Source: Candidatus Velthaea sp. (GTDB taxonomy: Bacteria; Vulcanimicrobiota; Vulcanimicrobiia; Vulcanimicrobiales; Vulcanimicrobiaceae). Taken from it: a stretch of 64,000 nucleotides of DNA. The stretch lies in contig CBDCCS010000018.1 of NCBI GenBank assembly GCA_965214935.1, forward strand, positions 160,001-224,000. Reading direction: 5' to 3'. A program made the position numbers and the translations under genes. Below, in pieces: positions 39,437-50,576 of the stretch (position 1 is the stretch's first letter; every line of letters starts with the position of its first letter). The notes beneath the pieces were generated by a model that was not told where the DNA came from, ran no database searches, and saw only the letters and a list, made by a program, of their open reading frames with translations.

Positions 39437-40291
39437 ATGCAACTCGACATTGCACGGCAGCGGCAATTCGCCGAAGACGGTTTCGTCATCATCCCGAACG
39501 CGCGCACGACGGCTCAAATAGCCGAACTTCGAGCGCGGGCGGATGCGATCGTCGACGCGTTCACCGATGAGGAACCGCGCTCGATTTTTCGATCCGCCGG
39601 TGAACGCAGTAAGGATGACGCCGGCTTCATGAGTTCGGGTTCGTCGGTGCGATGTTTCTTTGAAGAAGAAGCACTCGCTGCCGACGGCCGGCTCGTCGCG
39701 CCCAAAGACCGGGCAATCAATAAAATCGGTCATGCCATGCACGATCTCGATCCGGTATTTTCACGTTTTTCACACGGTGACGACTTGCAAACCATCGCGC
39801 GTGGAGTCGGCTTGGCCGCGCCGCGCATCTATCAGTCGATGTACATCTTCAAACAACCGCAAATCGGCGGTGAAATACGCTGGCATCAGGACGCGACGTA
39901 CTTCGTCACCGAACCGGTGTCGGTAACCACGTTCTGGTTTGCCCTTGAAGATGCCGCAGTCGATAACGGCTGTTTGTGGGTCCAGCCGGGCGGCCATCGA
40001 ACGCCGCTGCGCGAGCGCTTTGTCGTCGATGCCGGCGCTGCCCGGCTCGAAACGCTCGATGCGATGCCCTGGCCCGATCGGCGCGCCTCGCTACCGCTCG
40101 AGGTGCCGGCCGGTACGCTCGTCGTCTTTCATGGTTTGCTGCCGCACTACAGCGCGCCCAATCGGTCGCCGCGTTCGCGCCGCGCCTACACGCTGCATGC
40201 CGTCGATGCGGCGGCGACCTACGCTCGGACGAACTGGCTGCAGCGTGATGCAGCCTTTCCGGTCCGTGATTTTTGCAATGCAGCGCAGTAG
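39437..40291 (+). CDS. Phytanoyl-CoA dioxygenase family (PhyH/PHYHD1-like) Fe(II)/2OG enzyme
   Basis: INKIGHAMH, QSMYIFKQP, WHQD, NGCL, distal His. Confidence 0.9.
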   Translation: MQLDIARQRQFAEDGFVIIPNARTTAQIAELRARADAIVDAFTDEEPRSIFRSAGERSKDDAGFMSSGSSVRCFFEEEALAADGRLVAPKDRAINKIGHAMHDLDPVFSRFSHGDDLQTIARGVGLAAPRIYQSMYIFKQPQIGGEIRWHQDATYFVTEPVSVTTFWFALEDAAVDNGCLWVQPGGHRTPLRERFVVDAGAARLETLDAMPWPDRRASLPLEVPAGTLVVFHGLLPHYSAPNRSPRSRRAYTLHAVDAAATYARTNWLQRDAAFPVRDFCNAAQ

Positions 40292-40373
40292 TCGCCGGCA
40301 GCCGCGCAGGCACCGCCCCGGGTAGTCGCGCAGCGGCGGGGATTGTCGTTTTCCGCCATGTATCAACGGCCAG

Positions 40374-42740
40374 ATGCACCCCTTGCTGCTTGCCATGTGC
40401 TGTCTCATCAGCGGCAACGTTCATGCCGTTTCCGGCGCGCCGCTCGCCGGCGTTCGGGTCGAGCTGCGCGGAGCTCCGGTCGCCGCACCGGCCACATCGG
40501 ATGCTCGCGGCAAGTTCACGCTGACGGCAAGCCCGGGCGTCTATCAGATTGCAGCCTCGGTTCGGGGCTATGCTCCCGTTACGGTGGCCGTCAAAGCGGA
40601 GCGCGACGTCAGCATCGATGTCTCCCTCGAGCCGCTGGACTCACCGAAACTACGGCAGATCGGTCGCGTCGCCGTCGACAGCCGCCTTACGCCGATTCAG
40701 GGCACCTTACCGTCGCTGACGCTAACGCGGTCGGATTTCGATCGGCTCGGCGACGATCGTGTCATCGATGGATTGCAGCAAATTCCGAGTACGACGTTCG
40801 CACGACCCGACGGTGGTGCCGCAAGCGCGATTGCCGTCGTGGCGCTGCGCGGTCCCGATCCGTCGGAATCGTTGATAGCACTGGACGGACAACTTCTCAA
40901 CGATGGGAATACGGGCGATCTCGATCTCTCGCGGCTTCCGGTAGCGGCGTTCTCGGCCGTCGACGTGACCGAGGGTCTGGGTCCCGAAGATACCAACGGC
41001 AGTAACACGTTCGGCGGCGCGATCAACCTGCTGTCGTTGCGTCCGACCAAGAGCCCGCACTATGCGTTATCGCTGTCGGGCGGCTCGTTCGGACGCAGCG
41101 AAGCGTGGTTGAACGCAACCGGAACGCAAGGCCGTCTGGGTTACGCGGCGGCGGTCGATCAACAGAACGACGGCGGCTATGTCAACGCGAGCGTACCCCT
41201 TTATTCGACAAGCGATCCGGCGTGCGCGCCGTGCGCCACGCAGCTCGGCTCGGCCGTCGCTTCGCACGTGGCGCTCGGCACGCTGACCTGGTCGTTTTCA
41301 CAAGATGCCGATATGACCGCGCGCGTGTTTGTGCTCGGGGACAATCGCGACCAAAGTAGTGCGCTCAACGGTATCGACCGCAACAGCGGCGACATCGCAA
41401 TGCCCCAATACGGCCAACCGACCGGCCCCGGCAATCAAACCTTCCAACAAGTGATTCGTGCCTATCAATTGCGCGGTCGCACGCCGCTGGGCGCGGGAGA
41501 GCTGACGACCGACTTTTCAGCAAGCGACAACAGCATCGACGTCAACGGGGGCAGCGCCTCACCGTACGACCTCGTTCACCAAGACCATCGCTACAACGGC
41601 GCTGCGACGTGGCAGCGCATCTTTACGAAATCTCAGTTCGCCGTCGGCGGATATACACGTTATGAGTCGCTGCAGTTCATTGCTCCGGGCGCGGCAACAA
41701 ACGCGCCGTTGCTGCCGTCGCAGGCGGTCCCGTTGCTCGGGCAAACGATCGGCGTGCTTTTTGCGCGCGGCGGTTTTGTGCCGACGCCGAAATTACGAAT
41801 TGACGGTGGTGTCTTTCACTCGCGCTACTCGACGTTCGGCGCGAACCTCGATGGGCGATTCGGCGCGATCTATAGTCTGGATCCGCAAACGGGACTTCGC
41901 TTTTCGCTCGGCACGGGCTTTCGCGCGCCGTTGCTGGCCGAGCGCTACCGGTTTCCGTACAGTCAATTGACGCTCGATGGAAACAATGTATTTGTCGGTC
42001 AGGGAAGCGCCGGCGAGCAACCCGAGCACGCGACTGAGTACGAAGCCGGCATCTCGCACGATTCGCGCTCGTCGACGATCGACTTCTCGTTATACCGAAC
42101 GAATTTGCGCAACCCCGTCGAGGTGTTTTACCCGCTCGCTGCAGTTGCGAACGGCGCTTGCAAATCAAGCTCGTACGTTAACCCGCTGCCGGAATGCGTG
42201 TCCTATCAAAGTAATGTCGGTAACGCCGTTTACGAGGGCGCCGAAGTGCGTTTCGTGCAACGCTTCGTGCCGCAGCGGCTGTATCTGACCGCGACGTACG
42301 GCCTCAACGTTTCATATCCCAAAGATCTCAATGCGCAGTTTTCGAACCCGACATCGGGCGGTAATCTCGTCGATAACGCGCAGTTTCTCGGCGTCCCGCA
42401 ACAGCAAGGCTCGCTCGAAGTCGACTGGAACAATGCCGGTCTGCACGCCGGTGCGGTTGCGAATTTCCGGGGCGACAACAACGAGCTCAATTTGCCCCCG
42501 TTCACGATCGTCAATGCGCTCGTCGGCACGCAAATCGATAAGCATGTCGACTTGTCACTGGCTGCGAGCAATCTCTTCAATGCAGCGGCGGGCCGCTTTA
42601 CGCTGTTCGGCGCGGGCGTTCCCTACCGCGGCATCGTCGGCCAAAACGCATCCGGCGGCGCGTTGTTCGGGCCGCTGCCGACCGATGCGAATTACGTAGA
42701 GCCCTTGGGCGTGCGGCTTATACTGACGGTCAAACAGTAA
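40374..42740 (+). CDS. TonB-dependent receptor with N-terminal carboxypeptidase-regulatory-like domain
   Basis: ISGNV...PLAGVRV...SDARGKF; plug LRG...DG...GGAINL; GTGFRAP; NLFN; terminal beta strand. Confidence 0.88.
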   Translation: MHPLLLAMCCLISGNVHAVSGAPLAGVRVELRGAPVAAPATSDARGKFTLTASPGVYQIAASVRGYAPVTVAVKAERDVSIDVSLEPLDSPKLRQIGRVAVDSRLTPIQGTLPSLTLTRSDFDRLGDDRVIDGLQQIPSTTFARPDGGAASAIAVVALRGPDPSESLIALDGQLLNDGNTGDLDLSRLPVAAFSAVDVTEGLGPEDTNGSNTFGGAINLLSLRPTKSPHYALSLSGGSFGRSEAWLNATGTQGRLGYAAAVDQQNDGGYVNASVPLYSTSDPACAPCATQLGSAVASHVALGTLTWSFSQDADMTARVFVLGDNRDQSSALNGIDRNSGDIAMPQYGQPTGPGNQTFQQVIRAYQLRGRTPLGAGELTTDFSASDNSIDVNGGSASPYDLVHQDHRYNGAATWQRIFTKSQFAVGGYTRYESLQFIAPGAATNAPLLPSQAVPLLGQTIGVLFARGGFVPTPKLRIDGGVFHSRYSTFGANLDGRFGAIYSLDPQTGLRFSLGTGFRAPLLAERYRFPYSQLTLDGNNVFVGQGSAGEQPEHATEYEAGISHDSRSSTIDFSLYRTNLRNPVEVFYPLAAVANGACKSSSYVNPLPECVSYQSNVGNAVYEGAEVRFVQRFVPQRLYLTATYGLNVSYPKDLNAQFSNPTSGGNLVDNAQFLGVPQQQGSLEVDWNNAGLHAGAVANFRGDNNELNLPPFTIVNALVGTQIDKHVDLSLAASNLFNAAAGRFTLFGAGVPYRGIVGQNASGGALFGPLPTDANYVEPLGVRLILTVKQ

Positions 42741-42869
42741 TTACTGCCGGTAAGTCGTGCGCCGCGGATCGCCGGCGCGCCGAATCTTAACGCTGCTTTG
42801 CATCGGCGACGGAATAGACGGCACACGCCGCCCGGGGTTCGCTTCAACGCAAGCCGAAACTTCGCAGAC

Positions 42870-43363
42870 GTGATCGGAAGCTTCTCTTGCCGTCTTCCGT
42901 TTTTGAGCGCGGCAGCTGTTATTGCCGTGGCTCTGGCCGATCCTGTCGTCGGATCGGTCTCGAATTCCGGGATTCTCGGCGGTCGATATTCCGACAACAA
43001 TCATTTCGGCGTCGTTCCGACGCTGCTCGTCGGGTTGACGCTCGTGCTCGCAATGCTCGCGCAGCGCTTTGCGTCTATCATCGCAATGCAGTTGGCCGCG
43101 CTCTTTGCGCTGGAAAGCCTCGAACAGCTTGCCGCCGGCGGCAGATTGCTCGGCGGAACGGCATGGCTGGGTGGCCCCGTCGCTTTCAGTCTGAGCGTGC
43201 ACGCGTTCACACCGCGCTTGCGTTCGTCGGGCATCCGAACGTCAATAGGACCGCCGCAGCGATCCGGTTCGACCGGCGCGACGCGCCGTCCCGGCGGGTG
43301 AATCGCTACGTTCGCCAAAGCCGCGGCCGGGCACCGCCGTTGCTCCTGGTAACGCCGGTTTAA
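42870..43363 (+). pseudogene. Membrane leader protein ending in RAPP, split by a frame change near 43205
   Basis: TM-rich frame to SVHA; the -1 frame continues VHTALAFV...VRQSRGRAPPLLLVTPV* (RAPP codons 43328-43339). Confidence 0.55.
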
Positions 43364-43413
43364 CGACGAAGCATGCGTCTTCAAGCGCCTTTCGGCGTTT
43401 GTAGGGAGCCACG

Positions 43414-46174
43414 ATGAAGCGATCGCTAAGCGCCTTAGCGATATTTGTATTCTTGCTCGCCCGACCGGCCGGCGCCGCCGAAGCGACGACCGGCCTGATC
43501 GTCGGCACGGTGACGACGGCACGCGGAACACCGCTCGCGCATGCGACGATTACTGCGGCCGCACCGTCGGGGCATTACTCCGCCGTGACCGATGCTCGCG
43601 GGCGGTTCGTCATTTTGGGCGTCACGCCCGATTCCTACGTCGTCAGCGTCAATGCCGCCGGTTATCGGACCGCCACGCAATTAGACGTCAGCGTGCTGAG
43701 CGGCCAGGAAGAGCGATCGGTATTCCGGCTTGAAGCCGCCCTTCGGACGATCGGCAACGTACGGGCGAAAAGCGAAGCGTTTTCGGTCGGTACGCCGAGC
43801 GATTCATTTTCAATCAGCGGCGACGCCGCACGAGCGCAGCTTCCGACAACGTCATCCGACGGTCTTTCAAGCTACACGCAAGGCACCGTTCAAGGCGCGA
43901 TCGCCAATGTGCCCGGCGTGAATCTCGATCAGTTTGCAAATGCCATTCTGCGTGCCGGCCGCGTAAGCGATACTATTTTCGATTACGATTCGATTCCGAT
44001 ACCACAGGGCGTCATCGCCGAGCCCGGCGGCAACATCGACGGCGCCCAACTTCCCACGACGGGCATCGCTTCGACCCATGTCGTTCTGGCCGGCTACGCG
44101 AACGAAAGCGATAACGGCTTGGGCGGCGTGGTAAATCAGATCCCCGCCGTCGGAACCTACCCGGCTAGCGCAACATTCGAGCTGGCCGACGGAATCGGCG
44201 TAAAGTCTCACTTTAGCACGATCGAATTTCTCGGAGCAACGCCGGACCATCAATGGCGCTATGCTTTAGCCGGCACATTCGGCAACGATTATCTTCAATA
44301 CGGCAACGCGCACACGTTCTATGCCGCCGAGGCCGGTACGTACGGTCTGGCGCTGCAGACCCGCGGTCAATATTCACTCGAATCCAACGTGCACTACGCT
44401 GCAACGGCAAGAGATGATGTTTCGATCCTTGCCCTCGTCGGGCAGGCACAATATAACCAGTACGGCTCGCCGTACGCAGGCGAGACCGTGGGTGCATTCG
44501 ATGGTGCGACGACGACGTATCCCGGTGAAACGAATCGCAACGTACCGGTGACGTTTGCCGCGGGTGTTCGCGGTCATTACGATATCGTCAAAGGCCAGTG
44601 GCAACACTCAGGTGCGCACGTCTTTTCGCGCGTACAGATCTATCAATCGCAGTTTGGATCGTCCTCGGGTGGACCGTTTTGGGATGAGAACGGGTTTCCG
44701 AACGGATCGATTTCGCTATTTCAAAGCTCCGCACAGCGGCAAAACGGGATCAACCTCGACAACGAAGCGGTATACGGCTTACATCGCGTTCGCTTCGGTG
44801 CCGAATACCGGACGAACACATCGTATCTCGATCAAGTCGTTCCGACCGCCGACGAATTCATCACCTCGCATCCGACGATCGACTCGTATCTTGCGTATCT
44901 CGGCGATACGTGGTCGATCGGCGATCGGCTCGAGGTCGAGGGAACCGCACGTGCAACGCATGCGCACGTCAAGCCTAGTTTCGGTAACGCTTACGACACC
45001 GGAGCGATCGACCCGCATCTCGGGGCCGCCTATCGTTTGGGTTCGCACTTCGCCCTGCGTGCGAACTTCGATCGCATCACCGTTGCGCCGGCTCCGCTCG
45101 AAGCCGATCGTATCGATTCGACGAACCTTCAATCAAACGGCAGTGCGGCGCCGTCCATGCAGCTTGCATCGGAAATTGGCAATGACGCGACCTATTCGTT
45201 CGAAGGCGCCGGCCGCACTCAATTTCGGCTGACGTATTATCGAAAGTTCGAACAAAATCTTATCGACGTCTTGCCGTTCAATTTCCGTTCTGCCGTTGCG
45301 TCGGACTTAGCACCCAACGGTGTCGGTGTCCCCACCAACGTCGGCAACCTGCGCGCGAGCGGCGTCGACCTGTACGTAAGCAACGGCGGATTCTCCCTCG
45401 ACGGCAATTATGTCCGCGCATTTTCGTCGAGTGCATCCCAATTCGCCTATAACGACCTTAACGCCCCGGCAATCGCCGCCGGCCATCTGTTTCCCGTCAG
45501 CTATGTGCCGGATTTTACAGCGACGCTATCCTATCGCTTCGACGACCGCAAACACCGCTTGCGCTTTACACCGTCGCTCTCGTATCAAACCGGTTATCCA
45601 TACGGTAACGGCAAACAAGCTTGGATTTTTCATCCCGTTACGGGCAAGCCGATCCAAGTGCCGAACGATAATTACGTCAATCCGGGCGCGAACTATTACT
45701 TTTTGGCCGACCCTTCGGCGCCGTTCAATGCAGCGAGCAATCCATATATCGGTAGTTTGGGCACGAGCGAAGGGAGCGATCCGAACACGTTGCGATCGTC
45801 ACCGGAACTTAGCGTTAATTTGCGTATCGAGAAAGACTTAACACCGCGGCTGAGCGTTATCGTCGACGTTGCGAATCTGTTCGGTAATGTTGCCCCGACG
45901 GCATATCAAGTGAACCCCATATCTCATCGGTCCGCCCGGCTACAAAGGCGGGAACGCGACATATGCGAGTTGTTACGGCCAGGTAAGAACCGGTAATGCG
46001 CCGTGCGCGGCCGGCCTGCCGGCTGGAACGATGCCATATACGCTCGGCAACGGCATCCCGACGCAAGATGGCGTTACGCAAGCCGTTCCGTGGAGCTACG
46101 GAACCGACGGCTACGTTCCGCAGAGCTATCCGCTCGGGCGAACGGTTCAACTTCGACTGCGTTATCGGCTTTGA
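43414..46174 (+). CDS. TonB-dependent receptor; +1 frameshift at CCCC 45915-45918
   Basis: Signal peptide, carboxypeptidase-regulatory-like domain, GGVVNQI. Removing one C gives NPYLIGPPGY...YPLGRTVQLRLRYRL*, a typical terminal beta signal. Confidence 0.85.
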
Positions 46175-46516
46175 GCGGTACGGCGGTTGCGTTTGCCGCG
46201 CTCCCGGCGCTAATGTCCGAGATGCCAGCCATGCTGCGCGCAGCGGTAGGGTCGGAGACCGACCGACGTTCGCGTAATCGCACGTTCGGCCGCCTTCGCG
46301 CTAACAAAAGCGGTTTTTGGGCCGCCGTTCTGTTTGTAGCACGACCGCGGCCCGCCACTCTCTAACACGCGAATGCGACGCGATCGATTCGTTCGTTGAA
46401 CAGGGCAGCACTCGGCGTTATTGAACGCGCACGTAACCGGCCGCATCCGTTGATTCGCAAGCCTCTTTTGCTTACGTGCGTGATTGCGTTCGACCGGCGA
46501 TAGGAGTGAGACGCTG

Positions 46517-48340
46517 TTGATTGCCCGTCTGTTTTTGTCCGTTGCGCTGGCCGGCGCGATTGCTGCCGCACCGGCGTTCGCCAGCGTGACGCACGTCATT
46601 GGTGCTAGCGTCCGTCCCATTCGTCCGCTGCAGCGCATCGAGCGACTCACCTTTCACGGCGTAACGCGTCCTGCGCAGCTTTCCGAGGTTCCGGCGTTCG
46701 CGGCACCCGTCGCGCAGAGCGGCCCGCGACTCGTACATCCGCGCGGCTATCGCGCGCTCGACGTCCATCCGGCGGCACGTTCGCGGTCGGCGGCCTTGCA
46801 CGCGGCGGGCATTCCGATTCCGCTCGGTCCGAATCTACCCGTCGTCGGCGCGGAGCCCGACTTCTTCGGCTTTTCGGGGCTGACCGATGTCGATCAAAGC
46901 ATGGCCGGGACCGGAGCATACTTTGGGACGCAACAGACCGACGAGCCGCCGGACCAGGCGCTGTGCGCCGGAAACGGCTTTGTCGTTGACGCCGTCAACA
47001 ATGCCGTTGCAGTGTACAGTTCGTTCGGCACGCGCTTGACGGCGCCGACCGCGCTCAATCAATTTTTCGGGTTGCTGCCGGCGTTTAGTTCCAAGACGGG
47101 TTACGGTCAGTTTCTGTCCGATCCGCAGTGCCATTTCGATGGCGATACGCAACGCTGGTTTCTTACCGAACTCGAAATCGATGTGTCGCCGGCAACCGGT
47201 AACTTCGGCAATCATTCGGCGACGTTCATCGCCGTCAGCCAAACCGCCGATCCGACGCGTGGCTACGACGTTTATTCGTTCGACACCACCGACGCTGCCA
47301 ATCCGGGCTGCCCGTGTTTCGGCGATCAGCCGTATCTCGGCGCGGACGCCAACGGCGTGTTCGTCACGAGCAATCAGTTTTCAATCAACGGCCCTGCCTT
47401 TAACGGCTCGCAAATTTATGCGCTGTCGAAGCATGGATTGACCGCCGGCCACGGCTCGGCGATCGTTCACATCGATGCCGGCGCTTTGCCGACGCCCGAC
47501 GGCGGTCCGGGTTCGGCAAACTCGCCGACGTGGTATTCGATTCAACCCGCAACCGCGCCCGACACGTCGGTCGCCGCACGCGTCCGTAACGGTACCGAAT
47601 ATTTCCTGAGCGCACTCGACTTCTTCAACCTCAACGATGACCGAGTTGCCGTGTGGGCGCTGACGAATACCGCATCGCTGAACGCATCGGTTCCGGCGGT
47701 CGGTTTCCAGCACGTCGTCATCAGCAGCGTTGCTTATGCGGCGCCGCCCAATGCCACGCAAAAGGCGGGTTCGACGCCGCTGGGAACCTCGGTCGGCGAG
47801 CCGCTCGAGCAGTTGCAAACCAACGATGATATGATGAATCAAGTCGTGTATGCCGCCGGGCGCTTATGGTCGGGGCTCAATACCGCCGTCCGGTCGGGCG
47901 CCAAGATCGATGCGGGAATCGCCTATTTCGCCATTGCGCCCAGTTTTGACGATAGCGGATTCCTTACCGCCAGAGCCGTGCAACAGGGCTATGTTGCCGT
48001 CGCCGGCGAGAATATTTGGTTTCCTTCGATCGGTGTGGGCCGCGACGGCCGCGCCGTGCTCGCCGCGACGCTGAGCGGCCCGGATTACTACCCGTCGGCG
48101 GTCTACGTGACGCCGGACGGCAAGGTGCACCTGGCCGGCGCCGGCGCCGGGCCCGACGATGGTTTCACCGGCTATGCCGCCTTCGGCGGTAACGGTGCCG
48201 GACGATGGGGCGATTACACCGCTGCCGTTGCCGATGCGGACGGCAGCATTTGGTTCGGCGCCGAGTTCATCCCCGGCCCGCGCGACAAGTATGCGAATTG
48301 GGGCACGTTCCTCGGTCACGTCCAGACGCGACACCGCTGA
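46517..48340 (+). CDS. Secreted hypothetical protein (PPDQ...SDP...RWGDY type)
   Basis: AGGAG RBS, signal peptide AFA-S, beta-rich body; start approximate. Confidence 0.75.
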   Translation: MIARLFLSVALAGAIAAAPAFASVTHVIGASVRPIRPLQRIERLTFHGVTRPAQLSEVPAFAAPVAQSGPRLVHPRGYRALDVHPAARSRSAALHAAGIPIPLGPNLPVVGAEPDFFGFSGLTDVDQSMAGTGAYFGTQQTDEPPDQALCAGNGFVVDAVNNAVAVYSSFGTRLTAPTALNQFFGLLPAFSSKTGYGQFLSDPQCHFDGDTQRWFLTELEIDVSPATGNFGNHSATFIAVSQTADPTRGYDVYSFDTTDAANPGCPCFGDQPYLGADANGVFVTSNQFSINGPAFNGSQIYALSKHGLTAGHGSAIVHIDAGALPTPDGGPGSANSPTWYSIQPATAPDTSVAARVRNGTEYFLSALDFFNLNDDRVAVWALTNTASLNASVPAVGFQHVVISSVAYAAPPNATQKAGSTPLGTSVGEPLEQLQTNDDMMNQVVYAAGRLWSGLNTAVRSGAKIDAGIAYFAIAPSFDDSGFLTARAVQQGYVAVAGENIWFPSIGVGRDGRAVLAATLSGPDYYPSAVYVTPDGKVHLAGAGAGPDDGFTGYAAFGGNGAGRWGDYTAAVADADGSIWFGAEFIPGPRDKYANWGTFLGHVQTRHR

Positions 48341-48386
48341 GGATGGCGGGCCGGGATGTGCGCTTCGGCTAATTCGAGTTGAGAGC

Positions 48387-48415
48387 AACGGCGGCTTTAG
48401 AGCCGCCGTTTGTTT
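48387..48415 (+). terminator. Intrinsic terminator
   Basis: AACGGCGGCT-TTAG-AGCCGCCGTT followed by TGTTT. Confidence 0.75.
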
Positions 48416-48530
48416 GCAATGCGAGCGCGCCCGACTTGCGGCCGGCGCTTGCGACCGTCGGCTGAGACACGCTACGTGCGCGGAGTGCTCGACACGCAAA
48501 CGCGCGCCGGGCAGCGTAGCTGAGGGAGAG

Positions 48531-50561
48531 ATGAAGCCGTTGTATTTGCGGATGCGCCCGGTGCTTACACCTGCGTCGCTCGCGTTTATTCCAGGTGCGC
48601 TGGGAGCGTTGCTGTTGGTCATGATGCGGATCGCCGATGCGCAAGCGGCGCCCGCGACGTCGGCCTCGCCGTCGCCCGGGCTCAGTCCGGCACCCGCTCA
48701 TGCGCCGGCGAATCCGGCAGCAACGGCGGCACCGACGGCGCCGCAGCCGGCCACGCCCGCAAGTGCGTCACCGACGCCGAGGGCACTGGGTTTGCACGCG
48801 CGTACGAACGCGAGTCTTACCTATGTCGGGCAAACGTCGAGCGGTCCGGGCGTTGTCGGTCCCGAGTCGGCCGGATTCATCAACGGGTCGCCGCTTTCAC
48901 CGAATACGCCGTACGACTTATTTTCGAGCGCACCGCAAGTGAACGGCGACAGCGGTATCGGCCAAGTCATAACGACGGCGAACTTTGCCACCCGAGCCTT
49001 CGACGTCGATCTCACCGGCGGTCTCGGCAGTTCGCACGGATCGGTTACGACCGCCTCGTATTGGAGCGAAAATCTGCTGCCGACGATCAACCCGCATCTT
49101 GGTTCGCAAGCATTGCCCTACGGCGTCGTATTTCCGACGCATCCCGGTGGCGATGCCGCGACTGCCACGCGGTTGTCGATTTTGGGCGGCGGCGTTGGTA
49201 CGGCCGACGGTAACATCGTCTTACGCGGCGGCTGGCTCGATCTCGCGCAGACCGACCGCTTCGTTTTCGCTCAACCGGCGTTGACGAACGTCAACCCGGC
49301 CATCGCATTTGCGCCTGCCGAAACGTTGGCCGGCGGCATTGCCGGTCTCGATACCTGGCAGCCTTACGCGAATGCGCTGCCCCTGCACGGTATCGACGTC
49401 GTTGCCAAGCGCAAGACCGCAACGCTCGAACTCACCAACGCTGCTTTGCCGAGTTTGCCCGGCGAATCGGCGCGACTCTCGGCGGCGTCGCTGGTGTTCG
49501 ATCGCGGCGAAGGTACGCGCTTCTCGGGCGAAGCGATCCACGTCGTCACCGCCGGAGCGCCGTTCACGACGACCGTGCCGTTCGGTCTCGATCCGGCGTT
49601 CGGCTCGTACCCGCAAGGCGTTTTGCCGACGAGCCGTTTGAGCGGCCAACGCCAAACGTTGGCCGGGCTGCGCGCCGCTTTCCACGTGCTGCCCGCGCTC
49701 GGGGTCGATAGCATCATCGAGGTCGGCCGCGCGTGGTACGACGCTGCACCCGTTGCTCGGCCGGGAACGTCGGCGCCGGGTGGCTACTACCATGCGGAGT
49801 TGCTGCAAACGCGCGGCCGCGCGACCGCAGCGCTCGATTTCTACCGCATGGAAGCGCGCTACGCGACGATGATACTGCCGTACGGCGTGCCGGAAAATCA
49901 ATGGAGCGTCGCCTTTGCCTGGCCCGGGCAGTGGCTCAAGTCGAACTATCAACTTATCGACAACAGCGTGCTGGGTGTCAACCGTCAGGGCTACCGCCTG
50001 CGCTACTTTGTCGATAAAGGGCCGCTCGAGATTCATTTGGAGTACACCGACGTCCATCAAATCGAAGCGGAGACCGTAACTTCATCGCAACAGAGCGGCT
50101 TTATCGACGGTTACTTTCTGCCGCAGACCCCCGGCGCGGCGACGTTCGGGCGTCAAAGACGAACGGCGTTGTGGGCAGCTTGGCATCCGCGCATCGGCGA
50201 CATTAGTCTCGATGTCGTCGACGATACGGAGTTCCGGCCGTTCTTGGCCGCGCATCCGGAAGATCGCGTGTCGTACGAGGTTCCGCAGGCGATCGTGACG
50301 TTCTCACGTCATCTGTCGCCTAACGTCGTTGCGGCAACGGGCATCGGCCGGTATGCGATGAACGGCGCGTTCGCCGAACCGGTCGATTTTGCTCAACGGC
50401 TGTTCTTCGCGGGCGTCGAGGCGGTTCAGACGCCGCGCAGTTCGATCCTGCTTACGTTTCGGCGCACCGCCTTCGGCGGGTTGACGACGTATCCGTTCGG
50501 TCCGAATTCGCCCGACTTCACCGCGTCGACCCTGATCGTCGAGCAACGCTTGCGTTTGTAA
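48531..50561 (+). CDS. Putative outer-membrane beta-barrel protein
   Basis: Signal peptide (AQA), Pro/Ala linker, alternating amphipathic strands, C-terminal LIVEQRLRL. Confidence 0.65.
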   Translation: MKPLYLRMRPVLTPASLAFIPGALGALLLVMMRIADAQAAPATSASPSPGLSPAPAHAPANPAATAAPTAPQPATPASASPTPRALGLHARTNASLTYVGQTSSGPGVVGPESAGFINGSPLSPNTPYDLFSSAPQVNGDSGIGQVITTANFATRAFDVDLTGGLGSSHGSVTTASYWSENLLPTINPHLGSQALPYGVVFPTHPGGDAATATRLSILGGGVGTADGNIVLRGGWLDLAQTDRFVFAQPALTNVNPAIAFAPAETLAGGIAGLDTWQPYANALPLHGIDVVAKRKTATLELTNAALPSLPGESARLSAASLVFDRGEGTRFSGEAIHVVTAGAPFTTTVPFGLDPAFGSYPQGVLPTSRLSGQRQTLAGLRAAFHVLPALGVDSIIEVGRAWYDAAPVARPGTSAPGGYYHAELLQTRGRATAALDFYRMEARYATMILPYGVPENQWSVAFAWPGQWLKSNYQLIDNSVLGVNRQGYRLRYFVDKGPLEIHLEYTDVHQIEAETVTSSQQSGFIDGYFLPQTPGAATFGRQRRTALWAAWHPRIGDISLDVVDDTEFRPFLAAHPEDRVSYEVPQAIVTFSRHLSPNVVAATGIGRYAMNGAFAEPVDFAQRLFFAGVEAVQTPRSSILLTFRRTAFGGLTTYPFGPNSPDFTASTLIVEQRLRL

Positions 50562-50576
50562 TCTCTCCCAGCGCGG

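Noticed and set aside
40292..40330. QAPP arrest-like motif before the first TonB-dependent receptor
   Set aside because: It lies after the PhyH stop codon in the same frame with no start codon; probably chance in GC-rich DNA.
48416..48530. c-di-GMP riboswitch before the beta-barrel gene
   Set aside because: Only a GCAAA fragment matches; the GNRA/receptor two-stem architecture is not evident.
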